33,567 nucleotides of DNA, from IMG/VR virus record IMGVR_UViG_3300018876_001979, positions 1 to 33,567 of that record; one strand, written 5' to 3'. Made by a program: the position numbers and the translations under genes. Origin of the DNA: a virus (lineage: Duplodnaviria; Caudoviricetes). This document shows, piece after piece, positions 8,914 to 16,565 of the stretch. Every line of letters begins with the position of its first letter. Positions within the stretch are counted from its first letter, which is position 1. The notes beneath the pieces are model-generated. The model made no database searches. It saw nothing but the letters and a program-made list of their open reading frames with translations, and was not told the origin of the DNA.

Positions 8914-11139
8914 ATGCTAAAAGTAGTTCAAAGTAATAAAGATTCCGATGCAAGAAATATCATGTCTCAGTCAAAATTCTATGAGGCATATAGTAGATGG
9001 ATTGAAGAAGAAGAAAGATATGAGTCGTGGGATGAGTCTGTGAAAAGAGTCATGGACATGCATAGAAATTATTATAAAGATGTAATGACGCCGGAATTGG
9101 GTTTACTTATTGACGAAGCTGAGTCTCTTTATAAGTTGCAATATACTCTTGGCGCACAGCGTGCTTTGCAGTTTGGTGGGGATCAATTGCTGAAACATCA
9201 AATGCGTATGTATAATTGTACATCTTCATATGCGGATCGTGCAGCATATTTTCAAGAGCTGTTCTATATTCTTTTGTGTGGTGCTGGTGCAGGATTCTCT
9301 GTGCAGAAACATCATGTTGCAAAGATTCCACAGATTGCAGAAAGAAAGAAACAGGCAAAGGGTTGGAAGGTAGAAGACTCTATTGAAGGTTGGGCAGATG
9401 CACTTGGTGTTCTTATGTCTTCATATTTTGTAGGTGGTGGTACATTTCCAGATTTTGAAGGTCGTAAAGTATATTTTGACTTGTCTGAGATCCGCCCACA
9501 AGGTGCAGAAATTTCTGGTGGGTTCAAAGCACCAGGCCCAGAACCTCTTAGAAAAGCACTTGATAAGATTGAACATTTGTTGCAATCTCTTGTGCTAGCA
9601 GGCTCATCTGAATTGCGCCCTATCCATGTGTATGATATCTCAATGCATGCCGCTGACGCAGTTTTAGCAGGCGGTGTGAGGCGCTCTGCAACTATATGTC
9701 TGTTCTCTAAGGATGATGAAGAAATGATGGTTGCCAAGACAGGTAATTGGTTCATTGACAATCCGCAACGCGGCCGTTCGAATAATTCTGCAGTAGTGGT
9801 GAGATCTGAAATCACAAAGTCTGAGTTTTCCGATCTAATGAAACCAATCAAAGAGTTCGGTGAGCCAGGATTTTACTTTGTAGATAACACAGAACATACA
9901 ACAAACCCATGTGTAGAAATTGGAATGTTTCCACAAATCGATGGGGAGTCGGGATGGCAGGGATGCAATCTTACAGAAATTAATGGTGGTAAGTGTACAT
10001 CCAAAGAAGAATTTTTGAAAGCATGTCGTGCTGGATCTATAATGGGAACATTGCAGGCCGGTTACACAGATTTTAAATATTTAAATAATACTACTCAAAG
10101 AATTTTTGAAAGAGAAGCATTATTGGGCGTATCTGTGACTGGTTGGATGAATAATCCAGAAATTCTTTTGGATCCAGAAGTTCAAAAGGAAGGTGCTGAG
10201 ATGGTTAAGAAAGTAAACAAACAAGTTGCAGACTTAATTGGTATCAATCAGGCTGCTAGAACTACTTGTGTAAAACCATCTGGTAACGCATCTGTATTGT
10301 TGCAAACTGCTTCTGGTATTCATGCAGAACATTCTCCAAAATATATTCGCCATGTGCAGATGAATAAGGATGCTGAAGTGGCCCAATTGATTGCACAGAC
10401 AAATCCATACATGGTTGAAGAGTCTGTCTGGTCGAGCAGTAGAACCGACTACTGCATTGGTTTCCCTGTACTTTCTCCAAGAGGTTCTTTGTATAAGGAA
10501 GACCTCTATGGAACAGATTTGTTGAAGAAAGTTCAGTTAGTTCAGCAGAATTGGGTAGAGAGTGGTACGAATGAAGAACTTTGTGCAGACCCTACTGTGC
10601 GACATAATGTGTCTAATACTGTGACAGTTGCCCCACATATGTGGACTGAAGTAGAAGATTATCTGTATGAGAATAAAGATTATTTTGCTGGAGTTTCATT
10701 TCTTTCTGGTTCTGGTGATAAAGATTTCCACCAAGCTCCAATGACAGAAGTGTTAGATGAAGATGAGATCGTTGCAAAATATGGCAGAGGTGCAATGTTT
10801 GCCGCTGGTTTAATTGTCGATACACGTAAAGGATTTGATAACCTGTGGGAAGCAACAAGTATTGCTCAAATGCCACCAGAATATGCCGGAGAAGTTTCTG
10901 ATTTACGCGCAGAATGGATTCGTAGGTTTCAGAAGTTTGCAGACAATTATTTCAGTGGAGACACAAAAGAAGCAGAATATTGTTTGAAAGATGTGTTTTT
11001 GCTCCACAAGTGGACGAAGATACAGCAAAACTTAAATCCTATCGACTTCAATACACAACTAGAAACTAAAAAGTATACCGATATCGATACTATGGGCGCT
11101 GTTGCATGTCAAGGTGGTGCTTGTGAGATCACTTTTTAA
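8914..11139 (+). CDS. nrdJ: Ribonucleotide reductase, probably class II (adenosylcobalamin-dependent, monomeric RTPR type)
   Basis: YNC, GGVRRSA, catalytic TNPCVEI, GCNLTEIN, TTCVKPSG and a C-terminal redox pair ACQGGACEI like monomeric RTPRs. No nrdB adjacent. Confidence 0.85.
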   Translation: MLKVVQSNKDSDARNIMSQSKFYEAYSRWIEEEERYESWDESVKRVMDMHRNYYKDVMTPELGLLIDEAESLYKLQYTLGAQRALQFGGDQLLKHQMRMYNCTSSYADRAAYFQELFYILLCGAGAGFSVQKHHVAKIPQIAERKKQAKGWKVEDSIEGWADALGVLMSSYFVGGGTFPDFEGRKVYFDLSEIRPQGAEISGGFKAPGPEPLRKALDKIEHLLQSLVLAGSSELRPIHVYDISMHAADAVLAGGVRRSATICLFSKDDEEMMVAKTGNWFIDNPQRGRSNNSAVVVRSEITKSEFSDLMKPIKEFGEPGFYFVDNTEHTTNPCVEIGMFPQIDGESGWQGCNLTEINGGKCTSKEEFLKACRAGSIMGTLQAGYTDFKYLNNTTQRIFEREALLGVSVTGWMNNPEILLDPEVQKEGAEMVKKVNKQVADLIGINQAARTTCVKPSGNASVLLQTASGIHAEHSPKYIRHVQMNKDAEVAQLIAQTNPYMVEESVWSSSRTDYCIGFPVLSPRGSLYKEDLYGTDLLKKVQLVQQNWVESGTNEELCADPTVRHNVSNTVTVAPHMWTEVEDYLYENKDYFAGVSFLSGSGDKDFHQAPMTEVLDEDEIVAKYGRGAMFAAGLIVDTRKGFDNLWEATSIAQMPPEYAGEVSDLRAEWIRRFQKFADNYFSGDTKEAEYCLKDVFLLHKWTKIQQNLNPIDFNTQLETKKYTDIDTMGAVACQGGACEITF

Positions 11140-11169
11140 TTATTCTAAATACACAAGAATAATTGGGGG
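11133..11169 (+). promoter_or_regulatory. Hairpin covering the SD of the zinc-ribbon gene, with late-promoter-like CTAAATA at its loop
   Basis: AATTATTCT (11138-11146) pairs perfectly with AGAATAATT (11156-11164), extendable by U-G pairs TTTTT/GGGGG over the SD. CTAAATA at 11145-11151. Confidence 0.45.
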
Positions 11170-11178
11170 AGAATACTT

Positions 11179-11340
11179 TTGAAAACATTAGGCTGCAATG
11201 AATGTGCTGGTGAATTTTCGATTGAAACACTAAACAGCGAAGAAGTTCGTTTTTGTCCTGTCTGTGGAGAGGCTCTTGAAGACTTTATAAATATAGAGGA
11301 AGAGCTTGACATGGATGAGGATGAATGGTTAGAAGAGTAG
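11179..11340 (+). CDS. Small zinc-ribbon protein with acidic tail (53 aa, not in ORF track)
   Basis: TTG start after GGGGGAG SD. Translates MKTLGCNECAGEFSIETLNSEEVRFCPVCGEALEDFINIEEELDMDEDEWLEE (CxxC...CPxCG). Confidence 0.75.
   Translation: MKTLGCNECAGEFSIETLNSEEVRFCPVCGEALEDFINIEEELDMDEDEWLEE
11286..11293 (+). promoter_or_regulatory. T4-type late promoter TATAAATA upstream of the resolvase
   Basis: Exact consensus about 30 nt before the ATG at 11325, inside the zinc-ribbon ORF. Confidence 0.5.
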
Positions 11341-11885
11341 GTGGAATTGATTATAGTTTAACATGCCCAGCGGTATGTATTTACGAAGGCGAGAAAGAAG
11401 ATTTTGATTTTGAAAATTGTCAACTTTTCTTTCTCGCCAACCAAAAAAAATATGAGGATTTTCAGTATAAGAATATTGAGGGTTCTCAACAAATAAAAAA
11501 ATACGAATTGCCAGAAGAAAGATATGACTTTATATCAGATTGGGCGATGGACATTTTAATTTCTCACAACATAGAACAAATTGCAATAGAGGATTATAGT
11601 TATGGTTCTCAGGGGAAAGTTTTTCATATTGCTGAAAATACTGGATTATTGAAATGGAAAATGTGGAATGCTGATATGAATTATAGTTTATTGGCACCAA
11701 CAGTAATAAAAAAATTTGCTACTGGTAAAGGTAATGCAAATAAAGAAAAGATGTATGAATCATTTTTGATAGAGACATCTAGAAATCTCAACGAAGAATT
11801 AGAAATAAAATCAGAAAAGATAGGAAATCCTGTCTCTGATATTGTAGATTCTTTCTACATTTGTAAAATGGCACTTGATATATAA
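11325..11885 (+). CDS. RuvC-like Holliday junction resolvase
   Basis: GIDYSLTCPAVC (first acidic residue), IAIEDYSYG, PTVIKKFATGKGNANKEKM, SDIVDSFYI: RNase H-fold RuvC pattern. Confidence 0.8.
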   Translation: MVRRVGGIDYSLTCPAVCIYEGEKEDFDFENCQLFFLANQKKYEDFQYKNIEGSQQIKKYELPEERYDFISDWAMDILISHNIEQIAIEDYSYGSQGKVFHIAENTGLLKWKMWNADMNYSLLAPTVIKKFATGKGNANKEKMYESFLIETSRNLNEELEIKSEKIGNPVSDIVDSFYICKMALDI

Positions 11886-11896
11886 AGGAGATAATT

Positions 11897-12046
11897 TTGT
11901 CAAGAGATATAATTGAAAAAGAAGATCGTATAGCAATGAATGAGTGGCTAAAGAAAAATAAGGTTTCTGTATGCCCTCCATATTTAAAGACGGATGATGA
12001 ATTGATAGTCATGAAACATCCAAGAAAAAGAAAAAAGAGCTCTTGA
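11897..12046 (+). CDS. Small hypothetical protein (49 aa, not in ORF track)
   Basis: AAGGAG SD (11885-11890) then TTG. Translates MSRDIIEKEDRIAMNEWLKKNKVSVCPPYLKTDDELIVMKHPRKRKKSS. Confidence 0.65.
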   Translation: MSRDIIEKEDRIAMNEWLKKNKVSVCPPYLKTDDELIVMKHPRKRKKSS

Positions 12047-12071
12047 CATCTGACATCACATTTGGTATATT
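12043..12071 (+). promoter_or_regulatory. Sigma70-type early promoter (TTGACA-N17-TATATT, extended -10 TG)
   Basis: TTGACA 12043-12048; TATATT 12066-12071. Confidence 0.8.
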
Positions 12072-12101
12072 AAATTGTAACAAAGAGAAAGATGATTCGC
12101 T

Positions 12102-12443
12102 ATGACACAGACTGATACAGAATTTATGACAGAAATGAACTACTTCGATACATATGGCAACGGTTGTGGATTCGAGACACGGTGGTCTATATATGGCGAA
12201 AATATTCAAATGGGCAATGAACATCCTTTCAAAACTCCTATGGTAATTCAAAACAAATGCGATGTGTGGGGATATGATGCCTCTGCAATATGCACTGGTA
12301 AAACTTGGGGGGATATATGGCAGGCATGTGATGCAGTCATACGCAATTCATATGATAACGAAGGAAACCAAGACCATCATATCTTTATTGAAGATTTAGA
12401 ATCTGTTGGTGATGGTGTTTGGAATTTGGTGACTGGTTCATGA
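12102..12443 (+). CDS. Hypothetical early protein
   Basis: Directly downstream of a sigma70 promoter. TWGDIWQACDAVIRNS...DHHIFIE motif suggests possible metal binding. Confidence 0.7.
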   Translation: MTQTDTEFMTEMNYFDTYGNGCGFETRWSIYGENIQMGNEHPFKTPMVIQNKCDVWGYDASAICTGKTWGDIWQACDAVIRNSYDNEGNQDHHIFIEDLESVGDGVWNLVTGS

Positions 12444-12997
12444 ATATTTTTAGACTTAATGATGACCCTGCTATTGCAGCAAGAGAACAATGCGATAAAC
12501 ATGTAGTCAAAATGATTGTGGAGAGCGGCCAAATGCTTTCCACAACACATCGTATGCATGATGGATGGTTAACTAAGCGGCCGTCCAAATCGGGCAAGAC
12601 GATGGTGAAATATTATGTACATCCAGAAGAAGATATGGAAGATATCTTATACAAAGCTGTGCATTTCAATCATCCATCTACTGTGTGGACTGGTGAATCG
12701 AAACAGAATTATATGTGGCACTTCAGACATTTTGTAGAATTGTGTCATGAATATTCTTATCGATATGGAAAAGTGCATGAGACAGAAAAACTTATTCCAT
12801 ATCTCGCAACCCCACCTAAAAATATAACTGCATGGGAAGAAACTCCATTTAAATTGGCCATGAAGTCAAATCCAGAATGTATGTTTCCAGAAGATCCAGT
12901 AAAGTCCTATAGATTATTCTATCAGACAAAACAAGATCGTTTCAAGATGGTGTGGAGTAAACGACAAATTCCAGAATGGTTTCGAAAAAGTCCTTGA
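12440..12997 (+). CDS. Pyrimidine-dimer DNA glycosylase/endonuclease V-like protein
   Basis: MNIF.L..DP..AA...CDKHVVKMIVES.QMLST...YK..H.NHP..VW...S..NY.W...LC.EY..RYGK.H family pattern. The real start is probably ATG 12440 (ATGA overlap), not 12419. Confidence 0.7.
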   Translation: MNIFRLNDDPAIAAREQCDKHVVKMIVESGQMLSTTHRMHDGWLTKRPSKSGKTMVKYYVHPEEDMEDILYKAVHFNHPSTVWTGESKQNYMWHFRHFVELCHEYSYRYGKVHETEKLIPYLATPPKNITAWEETPFKLAMKSNPECMFPEDPVKSYRLFYQTKQDRFKMVWSKRQIPEWFRKSP

Positions 12998-13022
12998 CAA
13001 ACCTTGGCGAATGTGTTATAAG
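12994..13022 (+). promoter_or_regulatory. Sigma70-type promoter (TTGACA-N17-TATAAG); the -10 also resembles the late consensus (TATAAGTA)
   Basis: TTGACA 12994-12999; TATAAG 13017-13022. Confidence 0.75.
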
Positions 13023-13052
13023 TAATAATGTAAACAATATAGAGATAAAACT

Positions 13053-13955
13053 ATGATCTTGATAGACCTAAGTCAAGTTATTATATCGAACCTAATGACC
13101 CAAGTGGGCCCTAAAACGGATGAAATCGATGAAGGCTTGATACGACACATGATACTTAATAGTATTTTGAAAGTCAAAAAGAAACATGCAGCAGAGTATG
13201 GAAACATCGTAATCTGTTGTGATAATAAAAACTACTGGAGAAAGGATGTTTATCCTTACTACAAATTTTCACGTAAGAAAGAGCGTGAGTCTTCTGGTAT
13301 TGACTGGAGTTTAATCTTCAATACAATGAATGAAATGAAATCTGATCTGCGTGAAATTTTTCCTTATAAAATTATCGAAATAGAACGGGCGGAAGCTGAT
13401 GATATCATTGCTACATTGACACAAACCTATGCGCCCTTTGAAAAAATCCTTATCATGTCTAGTGATAAAGACTTCAAACAATTGCAGAAGTATCCTAATG
13501 TTTCTCAGTATAGTCCTATACAAAAGAAATTTCTAGTAGAAAAGAATCCTCAAAAGTATCTGCGTGAACATATTATTCGCGGAGATAAATCAGATGGCGT
13601 TCCCAACTTTTTGAGTGATGATGAAGTGTTTGTAGAAAATCGCAGACAGAAACCCATCACTAAAAAGAATATTACCGAATGGCTAGATCTGTCTAGAAAT
13701 CCCGAAGATTTTTGTGATGCAAATATGCTAAAACGATGGAAGCGTAACGAGTCTCTTGTAGACTTAACTAAAGTTCCCGATGAAATTAGAAATAACATTC
13801 TAGAACAATTTGAAAACGATCCAAAAGGAGACATGAAGAAAGTATTTGACTATTTTATAAAGAATCGTATGATGTTATTGATGGAAGAAATCGATGCATT
13901 TAAGGAGCAGAAATATAAATCTTATCATGATTTAGATGTAATGAGGACAGCATGA
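13053..13955 (+). CDS. rnh: RNase H / 5'-3' exonuclease (T4 rnh-like, FEN family)
   Basis: MILIDLSQ, YWRK..YPYYK..RKK, EADDIIA, SSDKDFKQL, GDKSDGVPN. Confidence 0.93.
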   Translation: MILIDLSQVIISNLMTQVGPKTDEIDEGLIRHMILNSILKVKKKHAAEYGNIVICCDNKNYWRKDVYPYYKFSRKKERESSGIDWSLIFNTMNEMKSDLREIFPYKIIEIERAEADDIIATLTQTYAPFEKILIMSSDKDFKQLQKYPNVSQYSPIQKKFLVEKNPQKYLREHIIRGDKSDGVPNFLSDDEVFVENRRQKPITKKNITEWLDLSRNPEDFCDANMLKRWKRNESLVDLTKVPDEIRNNILEQFENDPKGDMKKVFDYFIKNRMMLLMEEIDAFKEQKYKSYHDLDVMRTA

Positions 13956-14149
13956 AAGAAAAGAATAAGAACTACAAGTGTTACTCCAAAGTAACTCCAA
14001 TCGTTTTTCGTGACCATTGTTATGGTTTCGAAGTAAAAGTAACCGAAGTCAACAGTGTTTGGTCACAAGACGGCCGATCAGTGATTTCTAAAAAGTTCTT
14101 TGTTGACGAAACAAAGGCAACTGAATACGCAGATAGCGTTAGAGTGTAA
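13952..14149 (+). CDS. Hypothetical protein (65 aa)
   Basis: ATGA overlap with the rnh stop and a GAGGA SD. Fills the gap before the tRNAs. Confidence 0.55.
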   Translation: MKEKNKNYKCYSKVTPIVFRDHCYGFEVKVTEVNSVWSQDGRSVISKKFFVDETKATEYADSVRV

Positions 14150-14155
14150 TAGGTT

Positions 14156-14240
14156 GGCCGCGTGATGGAATGGTAGACATAACAGACTTAAAATCTGTGG
14201 CCTTAATGGCGTGGCGGTTCGAGTCCGCCCGCGGCTACCA
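14156..14240 (+). tRNA. tRNA-Leu (anticodon TAA)
   Basis: Acceptor GGCCGCG/CGCGGCT, anticodon arm ACAGA-CTTAAAA-TCTGT, long variable arm, T arm GGCGG-TTCGAGT-CCGCC, encoded ACCA end. Confidence 0.95.
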
Positions 14241-14241
14241 T

Positions 14242-14316
14242 GCGCCTGTAGTTCAACGGTAGAACCTGCCGCTCATAACGGTTATGTTGTCAGTTCGAAT
14301 CTGGCCGGGCGTACCA
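14242..14316 (+). tRNA. tRNA with CAT anticodon, probably tRNA-Ile2 (lysidine-modified, reads AUA)
   Basis: Acceptor GCGCCTG/CGGGCGT, loop CTCATAA in GCCG/CGGT, T arm GTCAG-TTCGAAT-CTGGC, ACCA end. Has C4-G69 and C5-G68 pairs (TilS determinants) and lacks the initiator GGG/CCC anticodon stem. Confidence 0.85.
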
Positions 14317-14332
14317 TTTTATAAGTGAAGAT

Positions 14333-15013
14333 ATGAAAAATACACCATATGACAATGACAATTATGCTGAGATGTATGACGAAAGATATTTACATGCATC
14401 AAGCACTAAGCAGATCATTAATTATGAATTAGAAATCCTAGAAGAATTTATGGTAAATAAATCTTCTTGGATGGATGTTGCATGTGGAACTGGATATGAA
14501 CTAAAAAATGCTTCTGGAAATATTTCTAGATATGGATTAGATCAATCTTCAAAGATGATTGATGTTGCATTAAAAAGAACTGGCCATGAAGTAGATTTTA
14601 CTATTGACAATTTACTAAACCATGTAGTAAAAAGTAAATATGATTTAGTGACAAATTTCTGGTATGGATATATCCACCAATCTTCTTTAGAAGAGGTAGA
14701 AATATTTTTCAAAAAAATGGTTGAAATGACAAAAGATGGGGGAGATATATTTGTAGCGATCTGCAATCCTTGGGGAATATTCAGTAATTATGAATATAAA
14801 TGGGATTCGATTTATAATAATAACGACATGACGCTTGATGCGATTGTTTGGTCTTCTAAAATAAAAGATACCACACACGAATATAAGCATTGTCATGCTC
14901 CCCATCCACAATTAATATGTAACTGGATATCTCCGCATTTTGAAGAAACTATACGAGTGGACTATCCCACTGAACCGAAAAGATTCGGATTTTTATTTAA
15001 ACAAAAAAGGTGA
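14333..15013 (+). CDS. Class I SAM-dependent methyltransferase
   Basis: Motif I WMDVACGTG, GLDQSSKMI, YDLVTNF, TKDGGDIF. Target unknown. Confidence 0.85.
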   Translation: MKNTPYDNDNYAEMYDERYLHASSTKQIINYELEILEEFMVNKSSWMDVACGTGYELKNASGNISRYGLDQSSKMIDVALKRTGHEVDFTIDNLLNHVVKSKYDLVTNFWYGYIHQSSLEEVEIFFKKMVEMTKDGGDIFVAICNPWGIFSNYEYKWDSIYNNNDMTLDAIVWSSKIKDTTHEYKHCHAPHPQLICNWISPHFEETIRVDYPTEPKRFGFLFKQKR

Positions 15014-15018
15014 AGAAG

Positions 15019-15522
15019 ATGAAAAACTATATTATTGCCACAGCGCTGGCGACATTCGCAACACAAGCAATGGCAACAGAGTATGCAACAATTACTAATG
15101 TTTCTCCTAATTATCGACAAGAAACTATTAACACACCAATTCAACGATGTGATATTGTAGATGTTCCAGTCTATGGAAATGTTGGTGGTGGTAATGGTGC
15201 CAGTTCTAGTGACATTCTTGGTGGAATGATTATTGGTGGATTGCTTGGTGGAACCGCATCTGGAAAAGATAGTGGTGCAGCTGCAGGAGCAGTTATTGGT
15301 GGTTTGATTGCAAATGATAATGCAAACCGACCAAAGCAAGGAATTGTTGGGTACAAGCAACAACAACAATGCACTACTGAATATCAGTCAACAATTACTA
15401 ATGTAGTCAAGAACTACACCATTCGATATGATTGGAACGGTGTTGTTGGAAAAAGCTACACATATAACAAATACAATGTGGGCGACAGAATTCCAGTAAC
15501 TATTACAATTAATGCTAATTAG
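15019..15522 (+). CDS. Exported glycine-zipper 2TM protein (YcfJ-like)
   Basis: Signal peptide MKNYIIATALATFATQAMA. Glycine zipper LGGMIIGGLLGG...GAAAGAVIGGLIA flanked by two Cys. AGGTG SD favours ATG 15019 over GTG 15010. Confidence 0.75.
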   Translation: MKNYIIATALATFATQAMATEYATITNVSPNYRQETINTPIQRCDIVDVPVYGNVGGGNGASSSDILGGMIIGGLLGGTASGKDSGAAAGAVIGGLIANDNANRPKQGIVGYKQQQQCTTEYQSTITNVVKNYTIRYDWNGVVGKSYTYNKYNVGDRIPVTITINAN

Positions 15523-15526
15523 GCCC

Positions 15527-15555
15527 TTGACATTTCGCTTCGAATCGATTATATT
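15527..15555 (+). promoter_or_regulatory. Sigma70-type early promoter (TTGACA-N17-TATATT) with CGAATCG in the spacer
   Basis: TTGACA 15527-15532; TATATT 15550-15555. Confidence 0.8.
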
Positions 15556-15587
15556 ATATATGTAATCAAGAGAAAAGGAATCATATT

Positions 15588-15923
15588 ATGAACACTCAAA
15601 TCGAAACCCTTTTAGAAAACATCAAACAAGACTATTTCAATTGGACTAGTCAAAACGGCACTAAAGAATTGTCTGAACATAACTATACTATGATCGAACA
15701 ATTCAATGACGGATTGACTGTTAATGTTGGTAACAAATACATCAAAGTTATTTCCAATAATTCTGTTTGGGGATTTGTTGTCAATACTGAAAATGACAAA
15801 AAATTCAAAAATGGTGATATTCTAAAAGCAGCTGGTTGGAATGCTCCAGCTCGGAATGCTGCTCGGGGAAATGTTTTTGAGGATTACAGTATTGCATGGA
15901 CAGGGCCTCACTATTTGAAATAG
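15588..15923 (+). CDS. Conserved phage hypothetical protein
   Basis: GNKYIKVI...SVWGFV...GDILKAAGWNAPARNAARGNV motif, recalled as widespread in phage early regions. AAGGA SD. Confidence 0.75.
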   Translation: MNTQIETLLENIKQDYFNWTSQNGTKELSEHNYTMIEQFNDGLTVNVGNKYIKVISNNSVWGFVVNTENDKKFKNGDILKAAGWNAPARNAARGNVFEDYSIAWTGPHYLK

Positions 15924-15927
15924 GCCA

Positions 15928-15956
15928 TTGACACTTCACTGCGAATTGTTTATAGT
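15928..15956 (+). promoter_or_regulatory. Sigma70-type early promoter (TTGACA-N17-TATAGT)
   Basis: TTGACA 15928-15933; TATAGT 15951-15956. Confidence 0.8.
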
Positions 15957-15980
15957 ATAGGAGTAATAAGAAAGAAAATA

Positions 15981-16565
15981 ATGATAGCTCAAAAAAATAA
16001 AACAATATTAGTTGACTGTGACGGCGTACTCCTTGATTGGGAGTACGCCTTTGACTGTTGGATGCATCGGCATGGATATAGTGTCGAAGTTGAAGACGAA
16101 TACAAAATGAATATCAAGTATGGACTTGAAAAATCTGAAGCCAAACGGTTGGTTCGGATGTTCAATGAATCTGCTTGGATTCGGAAATTGCCTCCCCTTC
16201 GGGATGCGATTAAATATGTGAAAAAACTTCACGAAGAACATGGATATATTTTCCATGCGATTACTAGTTTAAGTAACGATCAATATTCGCAACACTTACG
16301 GACTAAAAACCTTCGGGAATTGTTTGGTGATAGTGTCTTTGAACGGTATGTTTACCTTGACACTGGTGCTGACAAAGATGAAGCTTTGTTAGAGTATTCT
16401 GGTTGTGGATGTTATTGGGTGGAAGACAAACCTGAGAATGCAGACCTTGGTTTGCGGATGGGGTTAGAGAGTCTTCTGGTTGCTCATGGACACAATGCTT
16501 ACTATTCTGGTGATGCAATTCGAGTTCAAAACTGGAAAGAAATCTACGGATTGATTACTGGTTAA
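15981..16565 (+). CDS. HAD-superfamily phosphatase / 5'(3')-deoxyribonucleotidase-like protein (T4 gp30.2-like)
   Basis: Motif I ILVDCDGVLLDW, motif II AITS, motif IV WVEDKPEN. Confidence 0.8.
   Translation: MIAQKNKTILVDCDGVLLDWEYAFDCWMHRHGYSVEVEDEYKMNIKYGLEKSEAKRLVRMFNESAWIRKLPPLRDAIKYVKKLHEEHGYIFHAITSLSNDQYSQHLRTKNLRELFGDSVFERYVYLDTGADKDEALLEYSGCGCYWVEDKPENADLGLRMGLESLLVAHGHNAYYSGDAIRVQNWKEIYGLITG
16530..16565. repeat. 36-bp direct repeat, copy 1
   Basis: AACTGGAAAGAAATCTACGGATTGATTACTGGTTAA, identical to 20327-20362. Confidence 0.95.

Noticed and set aside
11271-11306. Hairpin around the TATAAATA at 11286 as a translational lock for the resolvase
   Set aside because: A stem can be drawn, but it does not include the GAGG SD at 11317-11320, so occlusion is unsupported.
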